A stretch of 63,372 bases of DNA, the filler included, from Conidiobolus incongruus B7586 (taxonomy: Eukaryota), in assembly GCA_000697335.1 (NCBI GenBank). It is 7 parts of 7 records of this genome, joined end to end, with 100 filler letters (N's around TTAATTAATTAA, not from the genome) between each part and the next. Parts side by side here need not be neighbours in the genome. Positions count along the whole stretch, not along the records: positions 13,977 to 28,319 come from JNEM01006365.1; positions 28,420 to 37,836 come from JNEM01006368.1; positions 37,937 to 48,004 come from JNEM01006369.1; 4 more parts are not named here. One strand, 5' to 3'. Below the pieces are notes generated by a model. It was not told the DNA's origin, ran no database searches, and was given only the letters and a program-made list of their open reading frames with translations. Positions 25,974-40,808 of the stretch are shown here, one piece after another (the stretch's first letter is position 1; the number at the start of each line of letters is the position of its first letter). Position numbers and translations under genes: made by a program.

Positions 25974-28900
25974 AATTATAGCTTTGAATTTAAAGTTGAC
26001 AATGATTCCTAATCAAGACGTTTCCCTTAAACTAATGAAAACAATTCATATGACTTGAATCCCCTAATATCCAAACTTCTCCACGTTGTTCCTATGTTTC
26101 AACTCCTAACTTAATCCTATTAAATGGCACCAAAAAGTATAAGAAACGATCAGGAATATGGAGCTCCAGTTCTACTGCCATTTTAATCCAATCACTTTCT
26201 TAATATAAGTTTAATACCATCAACCAAAGCTATACATCGTCACTTCTATTCCTATTTCAGTACATCCCACCCTATCTTATATATTCTACGAATCTTATTC
26301 GAGTTATGATTATAGTGTTTGATTGAAAATATCAACTAACTAATCATACTTAACTAATGTCACTCAACTGCTTTAGGTTTAATTCATTTATATCTAATTC
26401 TATATTGTTGATTTGTTTAATATATTATAAGTGTAATCAATCATATCTTATTCAACTGAATTATATTCCTTTTAGTCATTCTTGCCTTTCAATTAAGATT
26501 TTACTAATTTTAATTAAACTTTGATGATGGTGAATACAATTTGGCTTAAGATGGCCAATTTTGACATGTCATTGGTGACAATTGATTTGGAATGCCACTG
26601 GCTCAATGGGCGATTGGAACATCGTACAGAAACTGGATTTAAATGTGTATTCATTAGAAAATTTAGTCATTTCATATATTTGGCAAAGGAATATTCTGTT
26701 AGTATATTTTGTGAGAATTAAATGATAATATTATAACAGGTCCAATCAAGTTAAACTGTTTAATTTCTGATATTTAATCAATATTATTGAACACAATCTC
26801 ATTAATCATTTTTTTTTCAATCTTCTAGATTTTGAATCAAACTGATAAAATAACATTTTCAATATATACTTGTTTCATTAACAGTTATAATATTAATTAT
26901 GTAGTTTATTTATAAAAGTTATTGAAAATAGTAATAACTACATTTTTTATAGAGATTTTGAATGATTTGATAATTCATTCAATAATTTACACCTTAATTA
27001 AATTTTGACTTAGTTTCTATATTTGGATCAATATAAGAATCAAATATAATTAATATCGCCAAATCGATCAATTAATTGCCAATAATTTTATAACATTAAT
27101 ATCCTTAATAACTCAAAGTGCTAATCTTTTTGGATTGAGTTTGAATATACAATAGATGGATTAATACTCTAATATCAATTAATTGTTTATTAAAATTGAT
27201 ATTTGATTTGAATATTATAAATTTATTCTACCTTTATTTCAAAAATTATTAAAGTTTGATATTAATTTGTAATTAAATAGCTTATTTAAAAATTAAAATA
27301 TTAAAAATTTATATTAATTAATACTATATTTTTTAGATAAATAAGTGATAATATTGGCACAATAATTTTACATAATTGAATTCAACCTTTTTAATAAATA
27401 TATAAAAATTTTCAAAATCATAATTTTAAGATTTTGACTTATATTTTTTAAATATTTTGCAACAAATGTTATAGTTAACGGTGAAATTTTTTAACATATT
27501 AAATTAGTTATTTTATGACATTGTATTGAATATTTTTAATTACTAATTTTATTAATTAACCAAGCTGTATAAGTAATTTGACAGAAAGTTATTTTCAATT
27601 ATAATATTAATGCAAGATTTTAATACCAATAATATATGGACTAATTAATATCTGAATTAATTGATATTCAGATTTTTTCAAGTTTATAATTTTGTCACTT
27701 TAAATTTTATATTTCTACAACCTCTGAACCTGAATTTTAAAAAGAATTACACAAATCTGATTTGGCAAATAATATTATTATATCAAATTAAATTTTTCAT
27801 TCCGAATGTTGGACCAACTTCATATATATTTATGTAATTTTAATTATATTGGTGTATAAATATATATTACTTTATAAGTCCCAATTTAATGATATATGTC
27901 TATGAATTATTTGATACTTTGTCTAAAAAAATATAATCTTAAAATAAGTTTATCTAGAATAATTTAGAACAATTTAATATCAAGCAATTAATACTATTTT
28001 AAACATATATTTTATTTCATTATTAATATTAGTAATCTAATTTATAAAAATTATCGATTCTATTAACAATATATTTCAAAAATTAATATTACAGTTTTAA
28101 ATATAGTTAATAAGTTTATAAAAAGGAAAAAAGCTTGATATATAATTGAATTATTTTAAATTCATTATACTATATTATATTATACGATAATATATATATA
28201 CCTTCAATATTCAATCATCATTTTGAATAATTTAAATCAAATCTTATGACATATTTGAATATCAATTTATAAATTATCTTATAATTATTTACTTTAATAA
28301 TTAATTAAAAATAATCAAANNNNNNNNNNNNNNNNNNNNNNNNNNNNNNNNNNNNNNNNNNNNTTAATTAATTAANNNNNNNNNNNNNNNNNNNNNNNNN
28401 NNNNNNNNNNNNNNNNNNNAATTATAAATAAATAATTTATTAATTTAGTTTTAAATTTTCAATTAATAATTAAATAACGATATTCAATACTATTACTTAC
28501 TATATCAGAATAAATTATTTAAAATATTAAATTTTATAATAAAATTTTGAAATATATAGCACCATATTTTATTCAATGTTTAAATAGGAAATACTGATTT
28601 AAAGAATAAATTAAGGCAAATAATAACTCGTACAAAGGATAATCAATATTAACCGATAGGTTTAAAAACTAATATCAGTATTGATTAATAACCAAGCCAT
28701 AAAGCCTTAAATTATCCTAACGAAAATCAATTGCAATTATCGATTATATCTGTTGTATTGCTATTAATAGGCTTACAAGCGATGTTATACACTAATTATT
28801 AATTATTAGAATTATTTTTTTATTTAATTTTCTAATAATTGCCAATGATATCATCTTAATATATTATATTTTTATTTGTTGTTAATGGTAGCCATATTTT

Positions 28901-31571
28901 TATAAACATAATTTAACTTAGAACTGATATTATTTACTAATGACTACAAAATTGAGGATAAATAATTTTTCCATTGTAAAATGGATTTAATATTATAATG
29001 TTTGGAGTATTGAATCACCTTTAGTTTTTAAGGACTAACATGAATATAATCATATAATTTGAATTCAAATTATTTTTAATATTAATATTAAATTTTTTAA
29101 TTTAATGAATAAAATATATAAATTATCTGATATTTAAAAATAATTAATTAATTAAAAATGTAATTCATAAAAAATATTAATTATATATTATTTAGTTTTA
29201 AAATTTATGAGATAATTGAAAATAAAGAATATTTGCACCATCTTGAAAATTTGTTCGATTGTTTGATTAATTTGAAATTACACAAAATTAATATGAATTG
29301 AATATCAAGAGAAAATAATAATAAGTTTATATAAAACAAAAGATATATAATACTAAAATAATTTTTATTTATTAGAAATCTATTTATTGTTGTATTATTT
29401 TAATAATTAATATTATACTAGAGCTATACCTGTATTATTAAAATTTACAATTCAAGGATTAAGTTGCATTAATTATTCAATGCAATAATATTGTCAATTT
29501 ATAATAATGTTCACGATCCCTATTTTGGAATATAGCACTAATCAGACTAAAGTATAGAGTAACTACTATTCTTGTTAGATCAATGTTAGAATAACTAAAA
29601 ATTTCATGACTTTGAAATTAATGATCAAATAATAATTGTGATTAATTATATCAATTTTAAATGCCATAATAACATAATTAATTATGGAGTAAACATTTAA
29701 TTTTCGGATGATGGATTTATTTAGAGCAATATTAATTTAAATCATTGTTTAAATTAATAATTTATATAATTCAATATTTATTCTAAAATTAAGTCAGTTT
29801 ATGGCTGTAGAACATAATTCAATTTTACCCTAATTTTTTAATACTAATTTGTTGATTTAATGGCCAATGAAATATATTGTCTGTTTGCATATTGTGGTTA
29901 TCATTTTTGCATTATTACTCTTCCAATCATTAATTCTATAGTATTTCAATATTAAAAAAAATACTAATTAATAAATTTTCAATCAGTACAAACTTTATTA
30001 TAGTTAATATTATGTCAATAACTACAATGTGCAATAAAAACCATTAATTTTTAATCAATGCCTTCAAGTTTAATAATTCAATTAAATGTTAAAGATGAAA
30101 CGTGGCCTTATTCATTAATATATTTGTCAATTAGGTTATTTATATATAATTTGTTAAAAATAAAGTCCTAATATTATTTTTTACAATAATCTATTATAAT
30201 TATAGATATATATAATTTCAAAATATTTTTTTGAAAATATTAAGTTTTCAAAAGTAAATGAGTATTTGGTACTTTAAAAGATTTCGCAGCAATTAATAGC
30301 AGTGTAACAAATAACGAAAATATGATCGATACTAAAGCCTGTAACACTAGTATTAGTAATAAACTGGTAAGTGGAACGATATTAACTAAAAACCATGAAT
30401 AAAATTGTAAAGATTTTTTAAATAAAATTTATGCCAGAATCCTTATTAATTTATTTGTTTATATCACATGGAATATAAAATAATTTATACAGATTCTAAC
30501 AAACTAAATATTAGCTTTAAATTAATTAATAAAATTATTATATAATTTGATAAGAATGTATAATTCAAAAGCAATGTAATCTCTTAGAAAACTTATAAAC
30601 ATTTAGCTTTTATTGACAAACAATATTCATATTTATTAAATTTAAGAGTAAAACCCATGCATAAAGCCAAAAGAAATTTTTTTAGATGATCATATTAAAA
30701 TCTAGAGTAAAATTTAACAATGATAATAACTATTTTAAATTTAGTAAATTTTTACCTTATTTCTAATCCCAAATAAATAATATACAAAAAAATTAATTTT
30801 CAAATAAAATTTAACCATAAAATGATAATAATCAATCTTTTTTTAATCTTGAGAATTTTTAATTAATTACTTGATTGTTATGATTATTATTTTGTTATTA
30901 ATAATTTAGTTTTTTTAGTCTATATATTTAAAAAAAACAAATAAAATTAATATAAATTAAAAAAGTTTAAAAATATAATTTTCTTATATATTAAATGCCT
31001 TTAGTTAAATATATATATATATATATGTTTATATTTAAATAGATTTAAAAAAATTAATTTCTATATTTAGTAATATATATTACTAAATTTAAATTTTATA
31101 TTATTTTTTTTTAAAAATCTTTTTTTAAAGCATAGATTTTCTAATATTCTAATTATTTAAATGTTAAAATAAAGATACCACATTTATATTCCAAAATAAT
31201 CAATTTCGGTAAGTTTTTTTTCAAATTTTATTTTAATTGGGATTATCTAAAATAAAAACGAAAATACTGCAGTTTAATTGATTGTGTATTATAAATATTA
31301 AATTGCATTTTGGGTATTGAATACTTTTAAACTATAATAAAGAAATATGCAATAGGTACCTTCGTAGTTTTAAATTATAGGTAAGAAAGTTTTATTATTA
31401 AATAAAGACACAAATTAATGAAACTAGATGAGATGAGAGAATGATTATAAGAGTAGTATTTTTGTACAATTGAGAGTGCATTAATCGGGATGATAGATTA
31501 TGCGAGATACACCATGGTTTAGGGGGTGATTTTTTGAATCAGAGTTTTTGCGGTGTAATAGGGGAATGTGG

Positions 31572-32819
31572 TTACATCGCGGCATGACTTAATCCTCCGT
31601 AGTAAGCAGGCGCTGAATTGGTCGGATTGTAACTTGCCGAGTGTCTATGGTGATGACCGCCCGTAGTTTGGCGATTGTCAGCTCCAGTCACGCCCACGTA
31701 CCCGCCAGGGGTGGCTCCTTTAACCATGCCAAAGTTCACAGGACCTGGACTTCCACTCATTGCTGTGGGTGGAGCTGCAGTTCCGTGCGGGTGAGAGAAG
31801 TAGGATTGGGGTGGGAGGAATGGCTGTGGCAGCGAGCGAGTTAAACCAGAGGCATCATAAGGCGATGTTGTCTGATGCACTTGACCTTGGCTTCCCCAAC
31901 TTTGGGTTGAGTCATTCAAAATAGAGGGAAGAGAATTAGGTTGATGGCTTGAGCTTGCGAATGGGAATCCACTTGAAGTTTCTCCGTATCCCATTGGCAT
32001 CCCTGAATGGTGTGGTGTGCGAAGACCAGCATGGTGAGGCGGTTGGTGATGGGGAAACATCGAATTACGACGCTGTACATCGTTCATGAAAGTCTGAGCA
32101 CTTCCAAGACCCATGTAGTTACCAGCTCCAATACCGAGTACTGAGTCACTACCTCTTCTAAGGCCACGATTACGACTCTTGAAATTGGCCTCTTCAGCTT
32201 TGGCCAAGTCAACAGTCCAGTAGCTGCCTTTTCCAGGTTCGTTAACAGGACGAGCAACACGAACAAAAGCTTTGTTCAAGCTGAGATTATGACGCACAGA
32301 ATTTTTCCATCCACTACCTGCAGTTTTTAAGTAAGAATAGTGATCCATCATCCATTGATAAATCTCATTTAAGCTCATTTGCTTGTTAGCGCTCTGCATG
32401 ATAGCATAGGTAATGAGAGTTGCGTATGAATAAGGAGGTTTGCCGCTAGTATGAGTCTTGAGCTTCATATTGGGATGGTAAAAGAAAGTTTTGCGGTGAG
32501 GCACTGGTAGCGTAGGGTCTTCTAAGTAGTTCTCTGTGTCATTAATCTCGTAGATGGGATCGTTTGACCAGGGCAAGCTGTGGGTGTTGGTAGTTGAGGT
32601 AGTAAGCGCATTGGTGGTCGATGCGGAAGAGATCGTGCTGATGGGAACAGTGGGAGTGTGTGTGGTAGATCCAGCATTGTGAGCTGAGTTAACATGATTC
32701 ACAGTAGAGGTTTGACTATGGTGATAGGCAGGAGAGGTGACCTGGTGGTGATAAGAAGATAAGTTAGTCATGTCGGGTGAGGTAAAGCGGTTGGTTTGTT
32801 GATTATCAAAGTGATTCAT
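31572..32819 (-). CDS. Forkhead-box transcription factor (FoxJ2/3- or Hcm1-like, no FHA domain), 415 aa
   Basis: [14 protein letters not shown]...LNEIYQW...[29 protein letters not shown]; low-complexity H/S/T/G flanks; RRGS and RRNS possible PKA sites; intronless. Confidence 0.95.
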   Translation of the reverse strand: MNHFDNQQTNRFTSPDMTNLSSYHHQVTSPAYHHSQTSTVNHVNSAHNAGSTTHTPTVPISTISSASTTNALTTSTTNTHSLPWSNDPIYEINDTENYLEDPTLPVPHRKTFFYHPNMKLKTHTSGKPPYSYATLITYAIMQSANKQMSLNEIYQWMMDHYSYLKTAGSGWKNSVRHNLSLNKAFVRVARPVNEPGKGSYWTVDLAKAEEANFKSRNRGLRRGSDSVLGIGAGNYMGLGSAQTFMNDVQRRNSMFPHHQPPHHAGLRTPHHSGMPMGYGETSSGFPFASSSHQPNSLPSILNDSTQSWGSQGQVHQTTSPYDASGLTRSLPQPFLPPQSYFSHPHGTAAPPTAMSGSPGPVNFGMVKGATPGGYVGVTGADNRQTTGGHHHRHSASYNPTNSAPAYYGGLSHAAM

Positions 32820-33095
32820 ATTGATAAATTATGATATTAAATAAATACAGGTATATATTAAATAGATAAATTAGAGACAAACAAAGTTATTTTGGGAAAT
32901 GATATTGTTAGATTGTATTTTGATTAAATAAACGGACAAGATCGAGACTAATACTATGTACACAAACTAAATATCAAGTTTCGAGGCTTAAATAACAGAG
33001 TAGCAATACAAGAGGTAAATATAAGAGTGAAAGGTTTGAATGGAGAAACGAGATAATTAAGTAAATGATCAAGTCAGATGATTAAGAGAAAGGGA

Positions 33096-33133
33096 TTAAT
33101 GAGTCATTGATGAAGGATAAGGGTTTATTTATA
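33096..33133 (-). promoter_or_regulatory. TATA box (TATAAATA, 33126-33133) and perfect Gcn4/AP-1 site ATGACTCAT (33099-33107) of forkhead gene
   Basis: Motifs read directly; followed by a ~280-nt pyrimidine-rich leader to the ATG at 32819. Confidence 0.5.
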
Positions 33134-35916
33134 CTAAATAATAGAAATCTTCCACCGACCAAATCCCCCAAACCCTTCTGGTTGCCCATTTTAGCTTCCT
33201 TAACAAGTTCCAGGAGGTTGAATAGTTTCACTCCCCTTTTCACATAAAACTTCTAGACCCTCAATTCAATAGGACTCCCTGCTTAAGACTGAAAATTGCA
33301 CTTACCAAATTTACCAATTACTAAAACCTCAACCCACATTAGGCAACTGAATTGAAGTAAATGTGTGGATACTTCAAGGTAATGCAAAGTTATGTAAAAG
33401 TTACTATCCAATCATTTCTATTAATATATTATATTCTATTTTATTGGACCGGTGTATAATTGAGAATGATTGGTTTAATTGATCATTATAATAGTTAGAA
33501 ATTGAGAATAAAATTGTTTCAATTTATGACATATTAAGAGTGTAAAAGTTATACTGATCAATATACTTTTGATATTATTGAAGACCTTGAATATTCATAC
33601 GGTAATTTTTAAAAAAAATCAATATAGTTATGATACATTATAATCAAAGATCTAAAACATTTCAGTAATTGTTAGATCAATTATAATACATATAAACAAT
33701 ATTATAAAAATTTTAATTTAATATAAATATATCTTTTAATAATATTCTTTTTTATTCAAAAATAAACAATTTTTTTTAAAATTATTTAAAAGTGAAAAAT
33801 AAAATTAAGTAAAAATAAATTCAAGTATTTTAGGGTAATCAATATTACCCAACTCTAATTTTTCTCATTATATTCGGTGAATTTTTTTACCAGATGCCAA
33901 GGTCATTTATGAAATTTAATTTAAAAAAAAATAGATATCCAGTAACTTTAATAAAATTAAGTCAATTCATATAGCCATAAAATAACATTAATCATATAAT
34001 TATTTGATAATAATAATATTTGTCATACTAATAAATAATTTTTGAACATGTTTTAATTAAATTCAATTATGTTAAGAATCTTGACTGGATCTTGATACTT
34101 GATAAAATTTGTAATAATTAATATAAATTTTTATATATTAAGATCACTTACTTATATATTTTGTTAATGATCAATTTTCTTTCATTTTCGCATAAATTAG
34201 TTATATTAATATATATATAATAGAATAATTTTATTATATTTTTCAAAAAAAATTTTTTATAAAAAAAATATATGTTAATAATTTTAAGTTTTATAATGTT
34301 TCTAAAGTATTAAATTAGTTTATTTTATAATATGTATATATTTTATTTGTCTTAAAATCATTTATTAATATAAATCTAAAGATAGTAATAATGATTATTA
34401 TTATTATTATTAATAATTATTATTATAAAAGCGTGAAAGTAATGGAATAGTAAGTTAAAAATTCTAAAAAAGTCAATCAAATCCGATAACCTAATAAAAG
34501 AAAGTATGCAAAGGATGATATCATATATTCATGTTGCAGTTCTTAATATTTCAATTTAAGAAACAAATACGAGAAAAATCTCTTAAAAAAATTTAAAAAT
34601 GTAATGTCCCCTGAAACTGAGTTTGAAAAGATTTAAAATTTTTTATTTATGAATTAATAATTGATAAAAAAAATTGTGCTATGGAATTTTTGTTCAGTCA
34701 TGGCAAGTAATATTAAGCGCCAACTCAGCTATCATATTTAATTAGCATTTTGGGAGATTTAGATGGGGGAATTTTTAAAAGTGGTTTAGGGAGGAAAGGA
34801 GTTTAATTGATTAATTAATGGAAAACAACTCTTGCTCTTAGTCTCACTATTAATCATGGAATGATGCTATATTGTATCAAAGTCATCTTTAGACAATTTT
34901 AAACTGATACTAATTCACAGTTTTTGAAATACGCAACCAGGATTATATGGCAATTAAGCTATTATGGATAAATTCATATGTAATAAAATTTCAGAATACT
35001 TTTGAAATGAAATTTGATATATTTTTGATATAATTTTCAAAAATTTTAATTTTATAAAAATTTTTTTTGAAAAAAGGAGAATATTTTTAAAGTTTAAAAA
35101 TATATTTAACAGTAATATATTATCAAACTTGAATCTATTATGGTACTGATATAAAAGTGAGGATAATTTGATATTATTTCGAAAGCACAGTTTTCAATTT
35201 TGAAAAATCACTCTACATTTAAAAACTATCAAATTTTCGGTTAATATTTTAATAAACTGAATACTCAAATTATATTAGAAATCAACTCAAAGTTCCAAAA
35301 ATTTGGTGAAACAATCGGTGTCACATGATCCCAATGTCCGAAATAAGCAATTTACCCAGCAATGAAACCAGTTTTAATTCATTTCTGAACTATTTTTATG
35401 CATTGCAATAATATTGGATCGAGTTAAAATTTTTAACATTACTATCATTATTAAAAAATTAAAAAAATACTAGTTAAATTACTAATAAAATATCCATCAA
35501 GCCATTTCTAATAAAAATATACATGTAGCAATCAGCTATATTCTAATTCTCTTTGATACTAAAACTAATTCATTAGGTAATAATAGTCAGAATAAAAGAC
35601 ACTTTCAATTTATTATAAAATTCCTCCTTTTAATTAATAGTTGCAAAAAAATAATATCAAAATCTCCTTAATAAACCGCAATATTCAATATATTAATACA
35701 GATTTTCCCCCTCGTCTTCTTGTGATCCTCCCTTTTGAAATATTGAAAACATCAGAAAATTTCAAGACCCTGAATCCAATATAAAAAAACTGATAATTTT
35801 TGTTATAAAGAATTATATTTATTTATACCGAAATGGACCTATATTAGGATTATCATATATTACAAATTAAAAATAATAAATAATGTTAAACATATTTATA
35901 AAAATTTTGAATTTGA

Positions 35917-35948
<32 letters not shown>

Positions 35949-37665
35949 GGATTTTAAACTTTGGGAATTTATCATTAATTAGTAGTAATATAATTTTTAA
36001 ATTAATATAAATATTTTTTTATAGTGGGGTATTTAAACTATAGTTTTTAAAGTTAAATTCAATAATATATCTATTATCTCCTTGATAATATTAAAATTAG
36101 ATTGATGATATTTAATATTATCTTTATTAATTTTAGAATCAATTTAAGATAATTAATTATGAGAATATCTTGATAACTGTTATATTAAAAGCGTTATTAT
36201 CAGATATAATGGGTGTATATTCGATTATTATTGATCCAAAAATAAGCTATATATAATCCAGCTCTTAATTTATTCCTCAAATATGACATAATCCTTTCAA
36301 TCATCTATTTATTAACAACTAACAAGCCCACATTTTATGATATTGTTAAATAATCAGGAATCAAAATAGATCCCAAAAGATATCCATTCAATATACACAA
36401 TCCAAGCTTGAAATTAAATCTAGTTAACTTAATATATCTGTAATTCTAGATTTTAAAAATATTTCAATACCTAATAAAGGATTTGATTTTAACAGTTTTA
36501 TTTGTCTATTACCAATTTTTAGTAATACTAGATTTGTTTAATTATTAGTTCTCTAATTTTCAATAGATTTTAGAAATTATCAAAAACATTTATATATTGA
36601 AATAAATATTATGGTGAAAACGAGGTTTTATAATATTGATTAATATCATACTGTTAGGAATTGAAATATTTGTGAATTGATTTCATTTTAATAATTAATG
36701 TATTTATCAGTTATTAAATTGAAATTACTTGAGCATAATGTACTGTTTGATTAAAGTTACATAATTTCAAATGCTTGGTTTGCATTAAAATGGATCTGGA
36801 ATACCTGTACCAAACTTAGAATCAAATGCTTGGCAATTGAAAATCTTTATCCGCTGAGAGGTTAATTAGAATTTGGGAATAAAACAAATGAATTTTAGGA
36901 TATATATTAATAGTTTATATGGATTAAAACCAAGGCTCATTTTTAATATATTTGGAGCTTATTATTATCGATTAAATAGTTTATTAAGATCGAGAATATA
37001 TTTAGATTTTTATTGTTTTATTATTATTATCATTATTATTATTGATAATTGTGACAATTCAAATTATATTTAAAGTTGAATAATTTAGGAAAATAAATAG
37101 TTTTTACTTGCGTATTTTTTTTTAATAATTTCCAAATGATTGATCAATGTTTAAAATTAGGAAATTGTTGAGATTGAACTTGTCTAAAAAATGAACGCAT
37201 CATTAATTAAATTTAAATTTTTGATCGGATTACTAAATTAATTAATTTCAAAAGTTTATTCAAATCAATTTCAAATGATTACAAATTATCATACAATTCA
37301 ATTGAATATAAGTTCTATTAAATAATTCATTATCAATAGCAATATATTTTATCAAATGTTACAACTTACTCCTAAGCTTTATTCTAAACTATTTGATTTA
37401 TACATTCAATTAATAAACTTGAATTAGATCATTTCAATCATTATATTAGAAAATTAAAAAAATAGTAATAAAATTTTAATCAAATATTTATTTTTTCAAA
37501 TAGATTATATTAATAGTTTTCTAATATAACATCTATTACAAGAAGAAAATTAATATAATGAACATTTCTCAACTATTACATAAATATAACCAAATGGTAA
37601 TAATTAATGATTTAATTTTGATATATAATTTTTATATTAGTTTTTAAAATTATTAATTCAAAATA

Positions 37666-37836
37666 TTACTTTGTATTTTAAATAATAGGAATTTTTTATA
37701 ATTAAGAATAAATAAACATTATAATATATATTATATAAAAATAATAATACAATATAAACTTAATAGTTTTTTTATTACTAATAACTTTACTAAATTTTTG
37801 ATAAAATTTAAAATTTAAAAAATAATTTTTTAATTA
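37666..37836 (-). mobile_element. Mariner-family relic, 3' terminus (runs into gap)
   Basis: TA|TTACTTTGTATTTTAAATAATAGGA... aligns with the terminus of the 47347 mariner copy; both are preceded by TA. Confidence 0.65.
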
Positions 37837-37936
37837 NNNNNNNNNNNNNNNNNNNNNNNNNNNNNNNNNNNNNNNNNNNNTTAATTAATTAANNNNNNNN
37901 NNNNNNNNNNNNNNNNNNNNNNNNNNNNNNNNNNNN

Positions 37937-38586
37937 ATTTATTAATTTAGATATAATTAAAAAAATATATAATTTATAAAGATGAAATATCTATAAAAAT
38001 TAATATTAAGAAAAATTTATATATTATATATAAAAAATTTAAAAACACAATTTATTAATATATATTAAAAAATCAAAAATCATTTTTGGATAGGATAATA
38101 ATTATTATTGATAAAAGGTTCAAAATTATAAAAAAACTATAAAGTATTTTTTTGCTTGTTTGATCTTAATTTATTTAAATATATTTAGAATTAATTAAAA
38201 ATAACAGTTAAAATTTTCCTTTAGAAAAAAATTTAAATAAACTTCAAAAATTAGTATAAGAGAATTAAAAACACTAGTCTTTTTTAATTTAAAAAGTTAA
38301 TTTAATTTATACTCTATATACTGATTATAATAGCAATTGATTTATATATTTAGTTTTGATTTTTTATCATAATTAAAAACTTGTAAATTTGTGATATATC
38401 CTATCTAAACTTTAATTTTAATATATTAACCAAAAATTAATATTTTTAGTCAAATATATTTTATTATAAATAGTTAACATATTTTAATTATATTATTAAA
38501 TTTAGCTGATTTGATCCAAAATTAATTAAATTATTAATAAAAATATAAATCATTTTGATTTTATTATTTATTTTTGCAAATTGATA
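37937..38586 (+). mobile_element. Tc1-family relic, 3' half with terminal repeat
   Basis: IIFG*DN, DLNLFKYI*N*LK (cf. DLNPIEHIWDQLK), inner-repeat motif ~38375-38405, terminal ...TTTTTGCAAATTGATA|TA matching the family TIR. Confidence 0.65.
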
Positions 38587-40712
38587 TATATAGTTTAAAT
38601 CATTCATTTTTTTGCTTTTTATATATTTTTTAAGATTAATAATATAATTGACAAGTCTGAAATTAAAATTTCCTATTTTTTTAATTTCAAGACTATGATA
38701 TTAATAGAGTTATAATATTATATCCTTTTTTTAGAATTTTATATATTGGTAAAATATATTTAAAATATTTTAAGTTTTGTAAATAATTATCAAAATACTA
38801 ACTTGAAATTAGATAATTTTTTACTATCAAATCATTTGAATAGATTAATATTTTTTTATTATTTTTTTATATTTCATTTAAAATTTCAAATTCAGATTAT
38901 AGTATTAAATCAATTGAACTTTGATTTATAGTATATATTTCATATAGTTGGACATATAACGAAAGCAAGGATCACAAATATTATTATATTTAAAATAATT
39001 AAATGTATAGCATTTAAATATTTTATCTATCACTATAAAATATAATAAAATAACTAATATATATTTAAACTCAAATTTTTGATGATATAAACTATTTAAT
39101 GATTTATTAACTCTAAAAAAATTTTAACTTAAATTGATATTGAATAATATATGATTTTATATATTAAAATTAAAATTTTGATATATAAGTTTGAAATTTA
39201 AAATAACGTTGAAATCATTAAATAGTTGATAATTAAATAATTATCCTATTATAATGACTTGACAAATATGTTTTTTACCTTTGATCAATTTAAAGACTGA
39301 TATCTATTAATTTTGAGTTTATTGAAATATTTTTCTTGGTTATCTTATCTCAAAATATAATTTTTGTTTTTGATAAATATATTAGCTAATTTTTTACATG
39401 TATTTTATAATAATTTATACAGTTTATTCTATAATTATAAAAATATTAAAGGATAAATGGTTGAACATTTAATTAAAAAATATGAGTAAAAAATTAATCA
39501 TCTTTTTGTTTAAAAAATACACAAAAATGATAAAATATGAATATTTAGAGTTTTTCAATTATTGTTTAAATAATGAACTACAAATGAATGTACTCTAATT
39601 ATAATCAATATAATGATATAAAAATCAATCAAAAATCATTACATAGAAATATATCTCTCAATATAATTATATATATTATTTTTCAAATTTGTTAATAGGA
39701 ATTAATCAATTGTTTTATTTTATAAGTCTGTAAACAAAGATTGTTGTTAGAAAAGTACTAGTAGTATGATTTAGCAATTCTGCTCTTTATCATATTAGGA
39801 TTGTATATCTAAAGATTACTTAGTGTTGAGACATCATAGCAGAATATCCAGGAAAATTAGAGTCCCTTTTCTATCCTTACCACTTCTGGGTTCCAATAAT
39901 TCATTCAGTGTTGACATAGGTTTTGGATAAATTCTAATACAAAGGAGCTAAAGAACATCATTTGATTATGGACCAACAGATCTACTATAAATGGGAGGCA
40001 ATATGGACTTAACTATTGAATCTAGACGGACAGATATTTTTTTTGAAATATAACACAATATCATATTAATATATTGAAAAATTATATTTTTAGTATATTT
40101 ACCACATTATATCTCAAGTCTGTAAAATTCTTTTATAATCTCATTAATAAATAAATATATTATTTTTAATATCATTTATAATAAACTCAATAATTTGGAA
40201 AAACAAAATAGATAATTTCATATATTAGTAACTTTTCAGATATGATGATACATATGATTAATTTAAAAAATAAAATGCTATATGATTTACTAATCTTAAT
40301 TATTTAATTTAAGAAATTATCAAATTAAAAAATATGCTTGATAAACATATAAAATAATATAAACTTAAATAATGTCATATTATTTAAGTTAAAATATAAT
40401 TCGAAATATAATAACTTTTTTTGATTAATATAATTGGTTAAAAAATAGGATACCAGAGATAAATATATCATTTATTGGAAAATAAAAGTAGTTTTTTAAT
40501 TCTCAAGAATATGTTGAAATGTTAAAAGCATTAACAGATATAAGTTTTATATATTTCATAAATTACGATAACTAAATATTATACCAATATTACTATAAGT
40601 TTGAAAACCCCTTGAACTAATCTTTAAGCAAACTATACTATACTATCAATTACAAGTCACATTAAATATCCTAAACCCAGTTAACCCCATTAAAATAGTT
40701 AACACTTCGCTA

Positions 40713-40808
40713 TCACTCATTAGCAGTAGTATTTAAAGATTCTTTATCTTCACTCAACGAAGTAGCAGCTGCCAAACTAGTAAATGATAAAAACATCAAA
40801 GTATCCAT
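40713..40808 (-). pseudogene. Short signal-peptide-like ORF (31 aa), probably a truncated small secreted protein gene
   Basis: MDTLMFLSFTSLAAA-TSLSEDKESLNTTANE*, TATAAATA at 40875-40882 upstream; the frame continues after TGA TAG as RSVNYFNGVNWV*. Confidence 0.3.

Noticed and set aside
28420..28900. Possible LTR with TGGTAGC primer-binding-like motif (~28886)
   Set aside because: No second LTR, no TG...CA boundary and no gag-like sequence identifiable.
39720..40030. GC-raised islands at 39720-40030, 49440-49720 and 51400-51540
   Set aside because: Probably gene relics, but multiple stops in all frames and no recognisable family.
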